Virus record (IMG/VR): IMGVR_UViG_3300027917_000034
Span: 17,892-81,891 of that record
Strand: one strand, 5' to 3'
Length of the DNA: 64,000 bases
Origin: a virus
Shown: positions 52,873 to 62,015 of the stretch, one piece after another
Layout: each line of letters starts with the position of its first letter
How positions within the stretch are numbered: position 1 is the first letter of the stretch
Translations under genes and position numbers: made by a program
Notes under the pieces: generated by a model
What the model was told of the DNA's origin: nothing
The model's input: the letters and a program-made list of their open reading frames with translations, nothing else
Databases searched by the model: none

Positions 52873-53331
52873 ATGGACATGGTGAGAGTAGGGCAGGCCA
52901 TTGCGAGTGGCGTGTCCATCGTGTGCGCGACGTGCAAGCGGTATTGGGAGGGCCGAGAGAAGCAACTTCCAGAGCCGAAGTGCACTGCGGAGAGACCGTG
53001 TGGGTCGCCGCTCGCTTCGATGACGTTTCCGGAGTACGACGGTCCGATGACCGACTTCACCCGCTGGTGTTTCGTGTGCGGGGCGAAGGCCACCAAGGGC
53101 GTGAAGGTCCGGGAGGAGCCCCGCGTGGTCGGAATGTGCGACACTCACATCCCCTGGCTCGGGAAGGTGGAGCCGGTTGGCTTGAAGCTCAACGGGGAGA
53201 ACCTGACCGATATCATCGACCGAGAGATGGGGAGGGTGGCGAAGGAGCGCTTCATCGGACCGGAGAAGAAATCTCTCTTCCAGGCCATCGCAGAGCACGA
53301 GGCCGGAATCGCTGACGAGGAGAGCCGGTGA
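52873..53331 (+). CDS. Cys-rich hypothetical protein
   Basis: CATC, C, C, CFVC, C..H. Confidence 0.7.
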   Translation: MDMVRVGQAIASGVSIVCATCKRYWEGREKQLPEPKCTAERPCGSPLASMTFPEYDGPMTDFTRWCFVCGAKATKGVKVREEPRVVGMCDTHIPWLGKVEPVGLKLNGENLTDIIDREMGRVAKERFIGPEKKSLFQAIAEHEAGIADEESR

Positions 53332-54155
53332 AGCTGGAGGTCCAGACGACAGAATTCGAGCAGGCGTATGCCCTCGTGAGAGAGTGGCAGGCCAGGGCTC
53401 GGGCCGTTCGGCGCCAATTCCTCTTCAGGGCCGTCAGCAAGGCATACGACGATCTCCTCGGTCTCATCCCATCGGACAGGAAAGAGCTTCGCGGGTCGCT
53501 CCGGATGGACCGGATACGCGGGTTGCCTGATTCACTCGACGGCTACCTCATCCACTCGGTACCGAAGGGCCGGGGCATCTCCAAGGCCGAAGAGGAGTCC
53601 ACCGTCATCTACGTGTCGGTGAAAGACAACCTCATGAAGGCCCCTCCGGAGTCGATGATCATTCTGGAGGACTACAGCCCGTGGACCATGGAAACTCTCC
53701 CCTACGCCCCTGACCCGAAGACCACGGACGTCATCTCCAGGCGAGTGAGCCCACGAGAGGTGGGGCGTGTCCGACGAATGCGGAAGCGCGACAAGCCGGA
53801 GTGGAAGCGTCGAGCAATAAAGGCCGGTGTCAAGGTGGCGGGCGCCGGCCTCGCGCCACGACCTCGTGGGATGGAGGCCATTCCAGACACCGCGTTCGAG
53901 TCGCTTCGGCTGGAATTTGGGCTCGGGGGAGAACCGGCGAAGCCACACTGGCGCAGAGCGATCCTCAAGTTGGCTTTGCGTGGTGGGGCTGGTATGATCG
54001 CCCGGAAACGAGAGTTTACAAGAGCGATGACCAACTTGTCTTTCAACGCTTGGGAGCGGTGGCCGAGACGAACCACGAAATTCGCCACCGTTGCGACGGC
54101 GAAGAAGTACGTCCCCTTCCAGAAGAAGCTGGGGCTCCGGGTGGGGAGACAATGA
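53328..54155 (+). CDS. basic virion morphogenesis protein (putative)
   Basis: 'LEFG...KPHWR' recalls HK97 gp10-like proteins; neck-region position. Confidence 0.5.
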   Translation: MKLEVQTTEFEQAYALVREWQARARAVRRQFLFRAVSKAYDDLLGLIPSDRKELRGSLRMDRIRGLPDSLDGYLIHSVPKGRGISKAEEESTVIYVSVKDNLMKAPPESMIILEDYSPWTMETLPYAPDPKTTDVISRRVSPREVGRVRRMRKRDKPEWKRRAIKAGVKVAGAGLAPRPRGMEAIPDTAFESLRLEFGLGGEPAKPHWRRAILKLALRGGAGMIARKREFTRAMTNLSFNAWERWPRRTTKFATVATAKKYVPFQKKLGLRVGRQ

Positions 54156-54436
54156 GGGGTCGGAAGCGGGCGCGCGAGGAGCGCCAACGCGCGAACCGTG
54201 TTCAAGAGGCGTTCGACAGCTACCTGGACCACACGTTGGGCAGGCTCACCGACCTCGGGGCGGACGAGCCCATGGCGATCGAAGCCATCTTCCAGACAGT
54301 GAAGTACCTCGGGGATGAGGGCGTCTTGCCGGTGTTCCCTGAAGGCAACGTGAGCTACCAGACGATGGGCCAGTGGCTCGTCGCTGCGGCCGACTTCGGG
54401 CTCGCTGACTTCATGGTGGAGGCCATCCAAGAATGA
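54152..54436 (+). CDS. hypothetical protein
   Basis: ATGA overlaps at both ends. Confidence 0.7.
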   Translation: MRGRKRAREERQRANRVQEAFDSYLDHTLGRLTDLGADEPMAIEAIFQTVKYLGDEGVLPVFPEGNVSYQTMGQWLVAAADFGLADFMVEAIQE

Positions 54437-55269
54437 CCCACGACCCGCAGACACCGACCGGCGACGTCGAGTCGCGAGAGGCAGGGACATCCCCAGCCGG
54501 AATCGTCGGACTGCGGAATTTCGACGCAGGTGTGGTGGAAACTCTCGGCGCCGAGGTCCACGAGGTGGACACTGGCAAGGGACCGCACTCCAACTACTAC
54601 ATCGGAACGAAAATCCTCCCCATAGAGCCGGCTCCTGGCCTACCTGGAGTGCCGGTCACATTCTCTCACCCGGAAGACATCTACGCCCGGTACAGGCAGC
54701 CTGTGATCGTCGTGCGGCGCGATGACATCTCGCCGGCCATGAACCGCTGGCACCCCGGGCACAAGTCCTGGAAGGCCCCGGCGCAGGAAGCGAACCCCGT
54801 CACCGTGACCATCTATCCGGGCACGTTTGGGGAGGTCCAGCTTCACGGGTATGACCGCTACGAGACAAAGGACACCGGGGTTCCGTTCGATATCACCTAC
54901 TCGATTCAAATCTTCGCCAGGCACAGGGGCCGAGGCCCGCTCCCGAAGAAGGGGACGCCGACAGGCTTTGAGGACTCGCCGGGTTCCTACGCGGCGGGCT
55001 CTCCTCGGAACCAGGTCAACTCGGTCCTGGACTTCGTTCTGCGCCGCTACGCTCCCTACTGCCAGGTGTTCGTGGAGGACAGCCTTGGTGATCGGCGCAA
55101 GTATTCGGCCTTCATGGAAGCTGTTTCTCATTTGGATGAGGTTCCCGAAGTCACGGAGCGTGTGCTAGGATTCGCCGTAACGCTGCGGGTTGAAGCGGAG
55201 CTTGATCTGTCCGATCCTGTAGTGCAGCGGGCCGCGACGGGATTGACGATAAGGTCCGAAGTGCTGTAA
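54433..55269 (+). CDS. tail terminator/sheath stabiliser (T4 gp15-like)
   Basis: VPVTFSHPE, P.I...R, VPFDITY.I.I; upstream of sheath. Confidence 0.65.
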   Translation: MTHDPQTPTGDVESREAGTSPAGIVGLRNFDAGVVETLGAEVHEVDTGKGPHSNYYIGTKILPIEPAPGLPGVPVTFSHPEDIYARYRQPVIVVRRDDISPAMNRWHPGHKSWKAPAQEANPVTVTIYPGTFGEVQLHGYDRYETKDTGVPFDITYSIQIFARHRGRGPLPKKGTPTGFEDSPGSYAAGSPRNQVNSVLDFVLRRYAPYCQVFVEDSLGDRRKYSAFMEAVSHLDEVPEVTERVLGFAVTLRVEAELDLSDPVVQRAATGLTIRSEVL

Positions 55270-55282
55270 AGGATGGTGGAAT

Positions 55283-55654
55283 ATGGCTAGCTATTTCAAC
55301 AAAACTCGTGGTCCGGTCACAGTGTCTCTGAGGACCGGCGAATCAGCGCTCGTCGGCCCGAAGAAGGTGCTCACCGTGACGCCCGAGCAGGACCGATCGG
55401 CTAGCCTTCTCTCGCGGGTCCGCAAGGGCCTGCTCATCCCGCTCAAAGACAAGGCGCCCAAGGCAGCCCCGGAGCCCGCTCCGGAGCCAGCCCCCGCGCC
55501 CGAGCCTGTCCCCGCCGAGGAGCCGGCGGAAGTACCTTCCATGGAGTGGACGAAAAGCCGGCTGACGGAGCACGCCGAGTCTCAGGGCTTGGAGGTTCCG
55601 TCGAGTTGGACTAAGGTGGAGATCCTGGAGGCGATCACGGAGGCAGGCGAATGA
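55283..55654 (+). CDS. protein with C-terminal HeH-like motif (paralogous to 50951)
   Basis: PSMEWTKSRLTEHAESQGL...WTKVEILEAI. Confidence 0.7.
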   Translation: MASYFNKTRGPVTVSLRTGESALVGPKKVLTVTPEQDRSASLLSRVRKGLLIPLKDKAPKAAPEPAPEPAPAPEPVPAEEPAEVPSMEWTKSRLTEHAESQGLEVPSSWTKVEILEAITEAGE

Positions 55655-55713
55655 CGATCGCGATCATGAAAACTTCACGGCGCAACGGTCGCCAACAGAG
55701 GAGGGACTAGGCC

Positions 55714-58293
55714 ATGGCCGAAATTCTGTCGCCAGGCGTGTTCATCGAGGAGGTGCCGAGCGCCGTCCAGGTCGTGCAGCCGGTCTCCACGTCGAACATG
55801 GGCATCGTCGGCGCGACCAAGCGAGGCCCCACGAACGAGGCAACGCTGGTCACGTCGTTCGCGCAATTCACGCGCATCTTCGGAGAGTTGATCTCCGATT
55901 CGCGTACCGGCCTCACCATGGCCGCGTACTTCGCCAACGGCGGGAGGCGGGCCTATGTGGTCCGCGTCATGCCAGGCGATGCTGTCGAGGCGGGGACGGA
56001 TCAGTCCGGCGCACCTTCGGCCTACGACAAGGGCCAACTGACGAGCGCTCGGAGAGATTTCCAGTGCAACATCGGGGATGGTGTTACGGCTGCCGTCACG
56101 GAGTCGGTTCTCACCCCGACCGCGCTCATCACCGACCTCGTGGCGGAGCCCGGCGTGGCAGGAGTCACCTTCCGGTGGCGCTCTGACGACACGCCGGTCG
56201 TGGCCGAGGCTCTCTACGAGCGCGACGGCGTGACCGCCCTCGTGCAGGACACGGTGGGGCACCCGCTCCACCACTACGAGGGCCGCATCGTCACGTCGAT
56301 CCCGAGCGATGGGGTGGACTCCGCGCTGCCGAGTGTCATGCCCGGTGGAACGATCACCCTGAATTGGGATCCGGACGGGGCGACCCCGACGACCCTCAAC
56401 CTGACGCAGGTTGGCACGACCATGCGGGCGACCGGGACGTCCGGCGCCGGCACCACGGCCGAGCTTGACCTCATCACCGGCATCCTCGTCATCACCTTCG
56501 CAGGCGTCGAGGTTCCGGTGCTCGCAGGCGATGGCACGGCGATCACCCTCGACTTCACGCCGGGGACCGACGTGCGGTCAATCTCCGACGACGGCAGCGG
56601 AGCCATCCCGGACGTGGGGCCGATCCTCACGGCAGCCGGGTCGGTGGACTACGTGGGTGCCACGGCTGGCGACTACGCCTTCACCACGGCGGCCGGCTAC
56701 GAGCCGGGGACGGACTGCCCGGTGCTCTGCGACTACGACGTCCAGGCGTGGGATCTCGACCCCATCTCGGTCGGCTCGTGGGCCAACGACATGCTCGTGG
56801 AGGTCATCGGCAACGACGACTACTACGACGTGACGACGGACACGTACTCCCGGTTCAACATCAACGTCCGGCTGCTCAACTCCTCGACTGGCCTCTACGA
56901 CATCGTGGAGACCTACGAGGAGATCACCTTCACGGACACCACGTCGGCGCAGTATTTCCCCGACGTGATCAACGACCTCTCCGATCTGGTGAACGTCGTG
57001 GAGCCGGCCCTCAACGCCGAGGGACCACAGCACCTCAACGGGGAGGCTCGGAGCCTCATCGTCGCGGCCGGCGACGAGTTGGCCGGAAACCGGCAGATCA
57101 CGACCACGCTGCTCGACGCGCCGGTCGTGCCGAGGACTTTCAGCCTGTCGTGGACCGACCCGACCGGGACCGCCTACACCATCACGGACGATGGTGCGGG
57201 CAATCTCATCGGGGACGTGGACGTCGCTGGCAACAACACCATCGACTACACGACCGGCGCCGTGGACGTGCTGCTCGGGTACGCCATCGACCAGGACCAA
57301 CTGGTCCCGGCCGTCTACCGCTCGGTCTCCGAAGAGGACAGCCACCTCGACGGGTTCGCTGGCGGGTCGGACGGCACGTTCGATGCGACCAACTACGGGC
57401 GGAGCCAATTCACGGCGATCACCCTGGAGCCCAACTTCCAGGGGCTCTACGCGCTCAACAAGATCGAGGAGCTTATGCAGGTGATCATCCCCGACTTCGC
57501 CGGGGACATTCAGATCACCAAGGACATGCTCGACTACGTGGACAGCCGCGAGGTGCTGCCGTCCGGCGGCGACCGCTTCGCCATCCTCATGGTCCCGCAA
57601 GGCTCCAACGCGCAAGAGGCCGTGGACTTCCTCCGCATCGACGTCGGGCAATACTCCAAGTTTGCCGCGATGTACTGGCCGTGGGTCAAGATCGCGGACC
57701 CGCTCGCGGACAACCGGCCGGTGGTGTTCCCGCCGCTCGGGCACATCGCGGGCATCTACGCCCGGACGGACTCGACCCGCAACGTGGGCAAGGTGCCGGC
57801 GGGCACCGTGGACGGCGCTCTCAGCTTCCTCGTCGGCCTGGAGATCGACTCCATCAGCCAGGGGGAGCGCGACGTCGTGTACCCGGCGCGGATCAACCCG
57901 CTGGTAGCCGGTCCGCAGACCGGGCTGGCCGTGTGGGGCGCTCGGACCATCTCTCTCCAGAGCGAGTGGCGCTACATCAACGCGCGGCGCCTCTTCATGT
58001 TCGTGGAGAAGTCGGTCTACAACGCCACGCACTGGATCGTGTTCGAGAACAACGGTCCGGGCCTGTGGGCGAGGATCAAGGCCCAGATTCAGGGCTTCCT
58101 CACCAATCTCTTCAACGACGGCCTCTTCGCGGGGACGACGCCGGCACAGGCGTTTTTCGTCACCTGCGACGAGAGCAACAACGACCAGGCGTCCATCGAC
58201 GCCGGCCAGGTGATCATCGACGTCGGGATCGCGCCGAACAAGCCCGCCGAGTTTGTCCGGTTCCGCTTCCAGCAGAAGACGCTGGACTCATAG
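55714..58293 (+). CDS. contractile tail sheath protein with large insertions
   Basis: SPGVFIEEV, YFANGG, YWPW, WGART, WRYINARRL, VFENN, APNKPAEFV. Confidence 0.95.
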   Translation: MAEILSPGVFIEEVPSAVQVVQPVSTSNMGIVGATKRGPTNEATLVTSFAQFTRIFGELISDSRTGLTMAAYFANGGRRAYVVRVMPGDAVEAGTDQSGAPSAYDKGQLTSARRDFQCNIGDGVTAAVTESVLTPTALITDLVAEPGVAGVTFRWRSDDTPVVAEALYERDGVTALVQDTVGHPLHHYEGRIVTSIPSDGVDSALPSVMPGGTITLNWDPDGATPTTLNLTQVGTTMRATGTSGAGTTAELDLITGILVITFAGVEVPVLAGDGTAITLDFTPGTDVRSISDDGSGAIPDVGPILTAAGSVDYVGATAGDYAFTTAAGYEPGTDCPVLCDYDVQAWDLDPISVGSWANDMLVEVIGNDDYYDVTTDTYSRFNINVRLLNSSTGLYDIVETYEEITFTDTTSAQYFPDVINDLSDLVNVVEPALNAEGPQHLNGEARSLIVAAGDELAGNRQITTTLLDAPVVPRTFSLSWTDPTGTAYTITDDGAGNLIGDVDVAGNNTIDYTTGAVDVLLGYAIDQDQLVPAVYRSVSEEDSHLDGFAGGSDGTFDATNYGRSQFTAITLEPNFQGLYALNKIEELMQVIIPDFAGDIQITKDMLDYVDSREVLPSGGDRFAILMVPQGSNAQEAVDFLRIDVGQYSKFAAMYWPWVKIADPLADNRPVVFPPLGHIAGIYARTDSTRNVGKVPAGTVDGALSFLVGLEIDSISQGERDVVYPARINPLVAGPQTGLAVWGARTISLQSEWRYINARRLFMFVEKSVYNATHWIVFENNGPGLWARIKAQIQGFLTNLFNDGLFAGTTPAQAFFVTCDESNNDQASIDAGQVIIDVGIAPNKPAEFVRFRFQQKTLDS

Positions 58294-58304
58294 GGAGGTA
58301 GGCC

Positions 58305-58652
58305 ATGCAGGTCACATTCACGAACGCTTCTACGGAAGACATCTTCCTGAGCCTGCTCTACAAGACGCTGGCTCCGGGCGCTTCGGTCACGGTCTCCAAG
58401 TCCCGCTCCGAGTTGGACATGGAGCAGCCTCTCAAGGCGCTGGTCCAGGCCGGAGACATCGTGCTCTCGTTCGCGGTCGAGGACGGCGACGACGCGGCTC
58501 TGGGAACCGAGCCGTGGCCACCCTTCACGGACATCACGCGGCCACTGGCCGCCGACTGGCCGCTGTTCGGGGCGATCTGGAACACGGACGACAACGCGCT
58601 CAACTGGACCGACGGGACCAACTGGCGCGATGCGGCCGGGGTCATCACCTGA
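58305..58652 (+). CDS. hypothetical virion protein
   Basis: GGAGG RBS; C-terminal 'WNTD...WTDGTNWRDA.G'. Confidence 0.7.
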   Translation: MQVTFTNASTEDIFLSLLYKTLAPGASVTVSKSRSELDMEQPLKALVQAGDIVLSFAVEDGDDAALGTEPWPPFTDITRPLAADWPLFGAIWNTDDNALNWTDGTNWRDAAGVIT

Positions 58653-58752
58653 TAGGTGAGGAGACCTTGGGCGCCCTTGCCCCCTGTTCGAGAAAACTCG
58701 ACTGGACGGGCTCGGGGATCGTACTGTAGGTTTGAGGTAAGGGAGGCTGCAC

Positions 58753-59280
58753 ATGGCCAGGCCAGTAGCAGAAGACTTTCTCCACTCGATGCGCTTTCAC
58801 GTCGAGGTGATCAGTGGTGACGGGCCGAATTTCGGCCCACCAGAGGCCGGGTTCTCCATGTGCTCGGTCCCTGAGCCAACGACCGAGGCGGTCGAGTACA
58901 AGGAAGGCACGTACATCTACACGCGGAAGCAGCCGGGGAACACCACGTTCGCGGCCATCTCGCTCTCGCGTGGCGTGGCGATCACGGACTCTGCCTTCTG
59001 GCAGTGGATGAAGATCGTCATCGAAGGCGCGGGGGAGTACCGGCAGGACATCCGGATCAAGCACTACCACCGGGAAGAGGCTCTCCCCGGGAGCGGTGAC
59101 GTGACGGCGAACCTGACGGCCATCCCCACGAGCGTCCCGGCGGCGCGCACCTACGAGGTGTTCAACGCCTTCCCAGCCCGGCACAAGGTGGCCGGCGATC
59201 TCGATGCTACAGCGTCCGAAATCTCCATCATGGAATTGGACCTGGAGTACGAGTATTTCAACCTGATCATCAACACGTAG
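58753..59280 (+). CDS. tail tube protein (T4 gp19-like)
   Basis: RFHVE, AGF..C, VEYKEG, KQPG, L.RG, DLDA....I..L.L.YE. Confidence 0.9.
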   Translation: MARPVAEDFLHSMRFHVEVISGDGPNFGPPEAGFSMCSVPEPTTEAVEYKEGTYIYTRKQPGNTTFAAISLSRGVAITDSAFWQWMKIVIEGAGEYRQDIRIKHYHREEALPGSGDVTANLTAIPTSVPAARTYEVFNAFPARHKVAGDLDATASEISIMELDLEYEYFNLIINT

Positions 59281-59350
59281 CAGCCAGCCGCACGCGGGCC
59301 TCGGTCCGGGCGCGGCCTTGCTGCGAGGGGCTTTACCTAAGAGTTGAAAG

Positions 59351-60133
59351 ATGCGATCGTCGCTCACTGACTACCTCCAGAATTACCCGTTCTGGCTCAT
59401 GGACATCGCGCCGATCGAACCCTTGGCGATCCCCCTCTTCACGCCCCTGCTCGGCTTCTCTTCGATCTCGGCGCCTGAGATCACCCTCGAAATCCAGGAC
59501 ATCACAGAGGCAAACTGGTTCTTCAAGCGCAAGGTCGTTCGGGGCGGCGACGTCGGCAACATGACCCTCATGCGGGCCTCAAAGTGGTACGACAGCGACT
59601 TCTACAAGTGGACGCTGGCGGCCCTGGCAGGGAACACCGGAGGCAGAGGCCGGCTCCACGCTCTCTCGACCGGCGGTGCCACCCCGAGGAGAGACCTGCT
59701 CCTGGTCCATTTCATGTCTCGGAACCCCCTTCCGGCGGGGGCTGCGGCAGGAGCGGTCGCTGCGGCGGGCGTATTGGCCCTTCAGGGCACGGCAACGGCT
59801 CTGGTAGGGGGTACGTCCACCCTGGCTTCCGGGGCCTTCATAGGCGGCGGAGCGGCCACAGCGGCGTCTATCGCTTCTTCGGCGGCAGGGGCACCCCTCG
59901 GTCCATTCGAGTTTGCGCCTCGACTGCCCGCCAAGGCGTGGGTGCTCTACGGGTGCATCCCGGCCAGGTACAAGCCGGCAGGGGACTTCGATGCGTCGGA
60001 CGGGGCCATCTCTATCCAAGAGCTAGAGATCGCCATCGAATCCTGGGATGAGTTGTCGCTGGGCACGACGGCCGGTGTCGCGGCCTACGGTATCGCCATC
60101 GCGGACGCGGTGCGGACACCAAGAGCGGAGTAG
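59351..60133 (+). CDS. second tail-tube-like protein with Ala/Gly-rich insertion
   Basis: GFSSI..PE, TL.R, DFY.W, W.LY.C.P.RY...DFDA....I.ELEI. Confidence 0.75.
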   Translation: MRSSLTDYLQNYPFWLMDIAPIEPLAIPLFTPLLGFSSISAPEITLEIQDITEANWFFKRKVVRGGDVGNMTLMRASKWYDSDFYKWTLAALAGNTGGRGRLHALSTGGATPRRDLLLVHFMSRNPLPAGAAAGAVAAAGVLALQGTATALVGGTSTLASGAFIGGGAATAASIASSAAGAPLGPFEFAPRLPAKAWVLYGCIPARYKPAGDFDASDGAISIQELEIAIESWDELSLGTTAGVAAYGIAIADAVRTPRAE

Positions 60134-60136
60134 GTC

Positions 60137-60319
60137 ATGGGCAAGGATTGGGAAGACCTCGACACGGAGAAGCTACTTCGCCAGCGGCAGGACCAGCACG
60201 AGCAGACCACTTCCGGAGGCGTCGGCGGGTATGAGGTGCCTCTCGGAGGCCCGCTCCGACCGCCAACCCCGCCCTACCAGCCAGTCGAGAAGCCGAAGAA
60301 GAAGCCGAAGAAGAAGTAG
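60137..60319 (+). CDS. small hypothetical protein
   Basis: 60 aa filling the gap; Lys-rich end. Confidence 0.55.
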   Translation: MGKDWEDLDTEKLLRQRQDQHEQTTSGGVGGYEVPLGGPLRPPTPPYQPVEKPKKKPKKK

Positions 60320-60388
60320 GAGAGGAGCGCCCTGCGCCGGGAGCTTGGTGCGGTTGGCTTTACATCAGAAATGCAGTAAAAGGAGCGC

Positions 60389-60973
60389 ATGATGGACGAT
60401 AGAGCAGAGATCCTGAAGGCGACCACGGACGACCGAAAGGACGCATGGACCACGCGCGTATTCGATGCGTGCGGCGGCAAGTGCTCCAACTGCGGCTCCA
60501 AGGATCGTCTGAAGGTGAGGATGATCGTGCCGGAAGCATCGGGAGGGAAGCGTGTCGTGAGCAACGGCACGCTCCTCTGCCGGACCTGTGAGTTGGCTCG
60601 CGAGATCAACCTCAAGAAGCCGCAACCCGCGTCAGGGGAGCGCACGAGGCCGATCAACTTCTTCGTGAGCCAAGAGCTACACACCAAACTCCAGAACGGT
60701 CTGGCCACGGACTACGGGTTCCGGAGCGTGTCGGCGCTGGTGCGCTTCCTCATGTCGAAATTCGTGGCCGGCGCGGACGAATTCGATGACCTGTCCCTCT
60801 ACCAGACGGGGGGCTCGGACGTGAAGGTCAACGTCTGGGTCGGGCGGGACGTCTACGCCCGGTTCAAGGCGATCACGGACAGAAACGGGACGACGGTGAC
60901 AGACACCCTGAAGGGCCTCATCTGCATGTACGAGGCAGAGGCTCACAGGATCGCAGGGAGGACGAGGACATGA
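60389..60973 (+). CDS. degenerate HNH domain + ribbon-helix-helix repeats
   Basis: CSNCG...IVP...GG....N...LCRTC with no His; 'INFFVSQELH' and 'VNVWVGRDVY' RHH-like. Confidence 0.65.
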   Translation: MMDDRAEILKATTDDRKDAWTTRVFDACGGKCSNCGSKDRLKVRMIVPEASGGKRVVSNGTLLCRTCELAREINLKKPQPASGERTRPINFFVSQELHTKLQNGLATDYGFRSVSALVRFLMSKFVAGADEFDDLSLYQTGGSDVKVNVWVGRDVYARFKAITDRNGTTVTDTLKGLICMYEAEAHRIAGRTRT

Positions 60974-61824
60974 GCGGCGACGAAACTCTTCAGGACGAGG
61001 TAGGCGGCGGAACCCACGAGGCCCCGGTCGGCGGTGCGTTCGAGCAGATGCACACCGTCCGGCAGATGGAGACCCCGAAGGGCTCGAACGGTGTGTTCGA
61101 GTTGCCGTGCGGGTACCTGGACCCTCACACGCAAGAGCTATTCACGGAGGTCCAGATTCGAGAGATCACGGGGAACGAGGAAGACATGCTGGCTTCGCAG
61201 CAGATCCCCTCGGCCCAGAAGATTTCTCAACTTCTGTCCGGCTGCGTCACGCGGATCGGAACGGTCACGGACAAGGGGCTCATCGCCGGCATGGTGCAGA
61301 ACCTCACGGTGGGCGATCGTGTCTTCCTCATCTTCTCCATCCGTCGTGTGACGCTGGGGGACGAGCTACCCGTCCGGGAGAAGTGCCCCGAGTGCGGCGT
61401 CAAGACGCTGTTCATGGTGGACCTGGCGGAAGACCTCTCGCCCAAGCCGATGCCGGACCCTCGGAAGCGGGTTTTCGACGTCACGCTTCCGTCTGGTATG
61501 GAGGCACGGTTCCGGGTCTCGACAGGGCAGGACGAGACCAACCTGGCGAAGCTGGTTCGGCGCCAGAAGCACAAGTCGGACAGCCTCTCTCAGGCCATCC
61601 TCATGCGGCTGGAGATGCTTGGGGATGAAAAGCCCACGCTCAAGATGGTAAAGTCTCTTGGAATGCGTGATCGTAACTTCCTCCGGGAGCAGTTTCAGGA
61701 AGTGGAGGGAGGCGTAGACACCACGCTGGAATTGGAGTGCCCGGCGTGTGGGAACGAGTGGGAGAAAGACCTCGACCTGAGCGCGGCCAATTTTTTCTTC
61801 CCTGGGGGTCGGCGGAGGCCCTAG
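60970..61824 (+). CDS. tail assembly chaperone / baseplate-hub-like protein
   Basis: Between tube and tape measure; CPECG, CPACG; ends at a slippery NFF. Confidence 0.75.
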   Translation: MSGDETLQDEVGGGTHEAPVGGAFEQMHTVRQMETPKGSNGVFELPCGYLDPHTQELFTEVQIREITGNEEDMLASQQIPSAQKISQLLSGCVTRIGTVTDKGLIAGMVQNLTVGDRVFLIFSIRRVTLGDELPVREKCPECGVKTLFMVDLAEDLSPKPMPDPRKRVFDVTLPSGMEARFRVSTGQDETNLAKLVRRQKHKSDSLSQAILMRLEMLGDEKPTLKMVKSLGMRDRNFLREQFQEVEGGVDTTLELECPACGNEWEKDLDLSAANFFFPGGRRRP

Positions 61825-62006
61825 AGAAGGAAATCTTCTTCCTTATGGAGTGCTGGTCGGGTCTGCCCTACGAGTCGATCATGGCGATGCCGGTCACTCG
61901 TCGCCACCGCCTCATGCTCGAAAAGAGCAGTCTGGAGCGGAAGCGACATGAGGACCAGAAGTCGGCCATGGCCCGCGCGAAAGCTCGTGCGAGACGACGG
62001 CGGTAG
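61791..62006 (+). CDS. -1 frameshift extension of tail chaperone (lambda G-T type)
   Basis: T TTT TTC at 61791-61797; -1 frame encodes 'IM.MP..RR'. Confidence 0.75.
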   Translation, partial: FFLPWGSAEALEKEIFFLMECWSGLPYESIMAMPVTRRHRLMLEKSSLERKRHEDQKSAMARAKARARRRR

Positions 62007-62015
62007 GAGGCGGCA

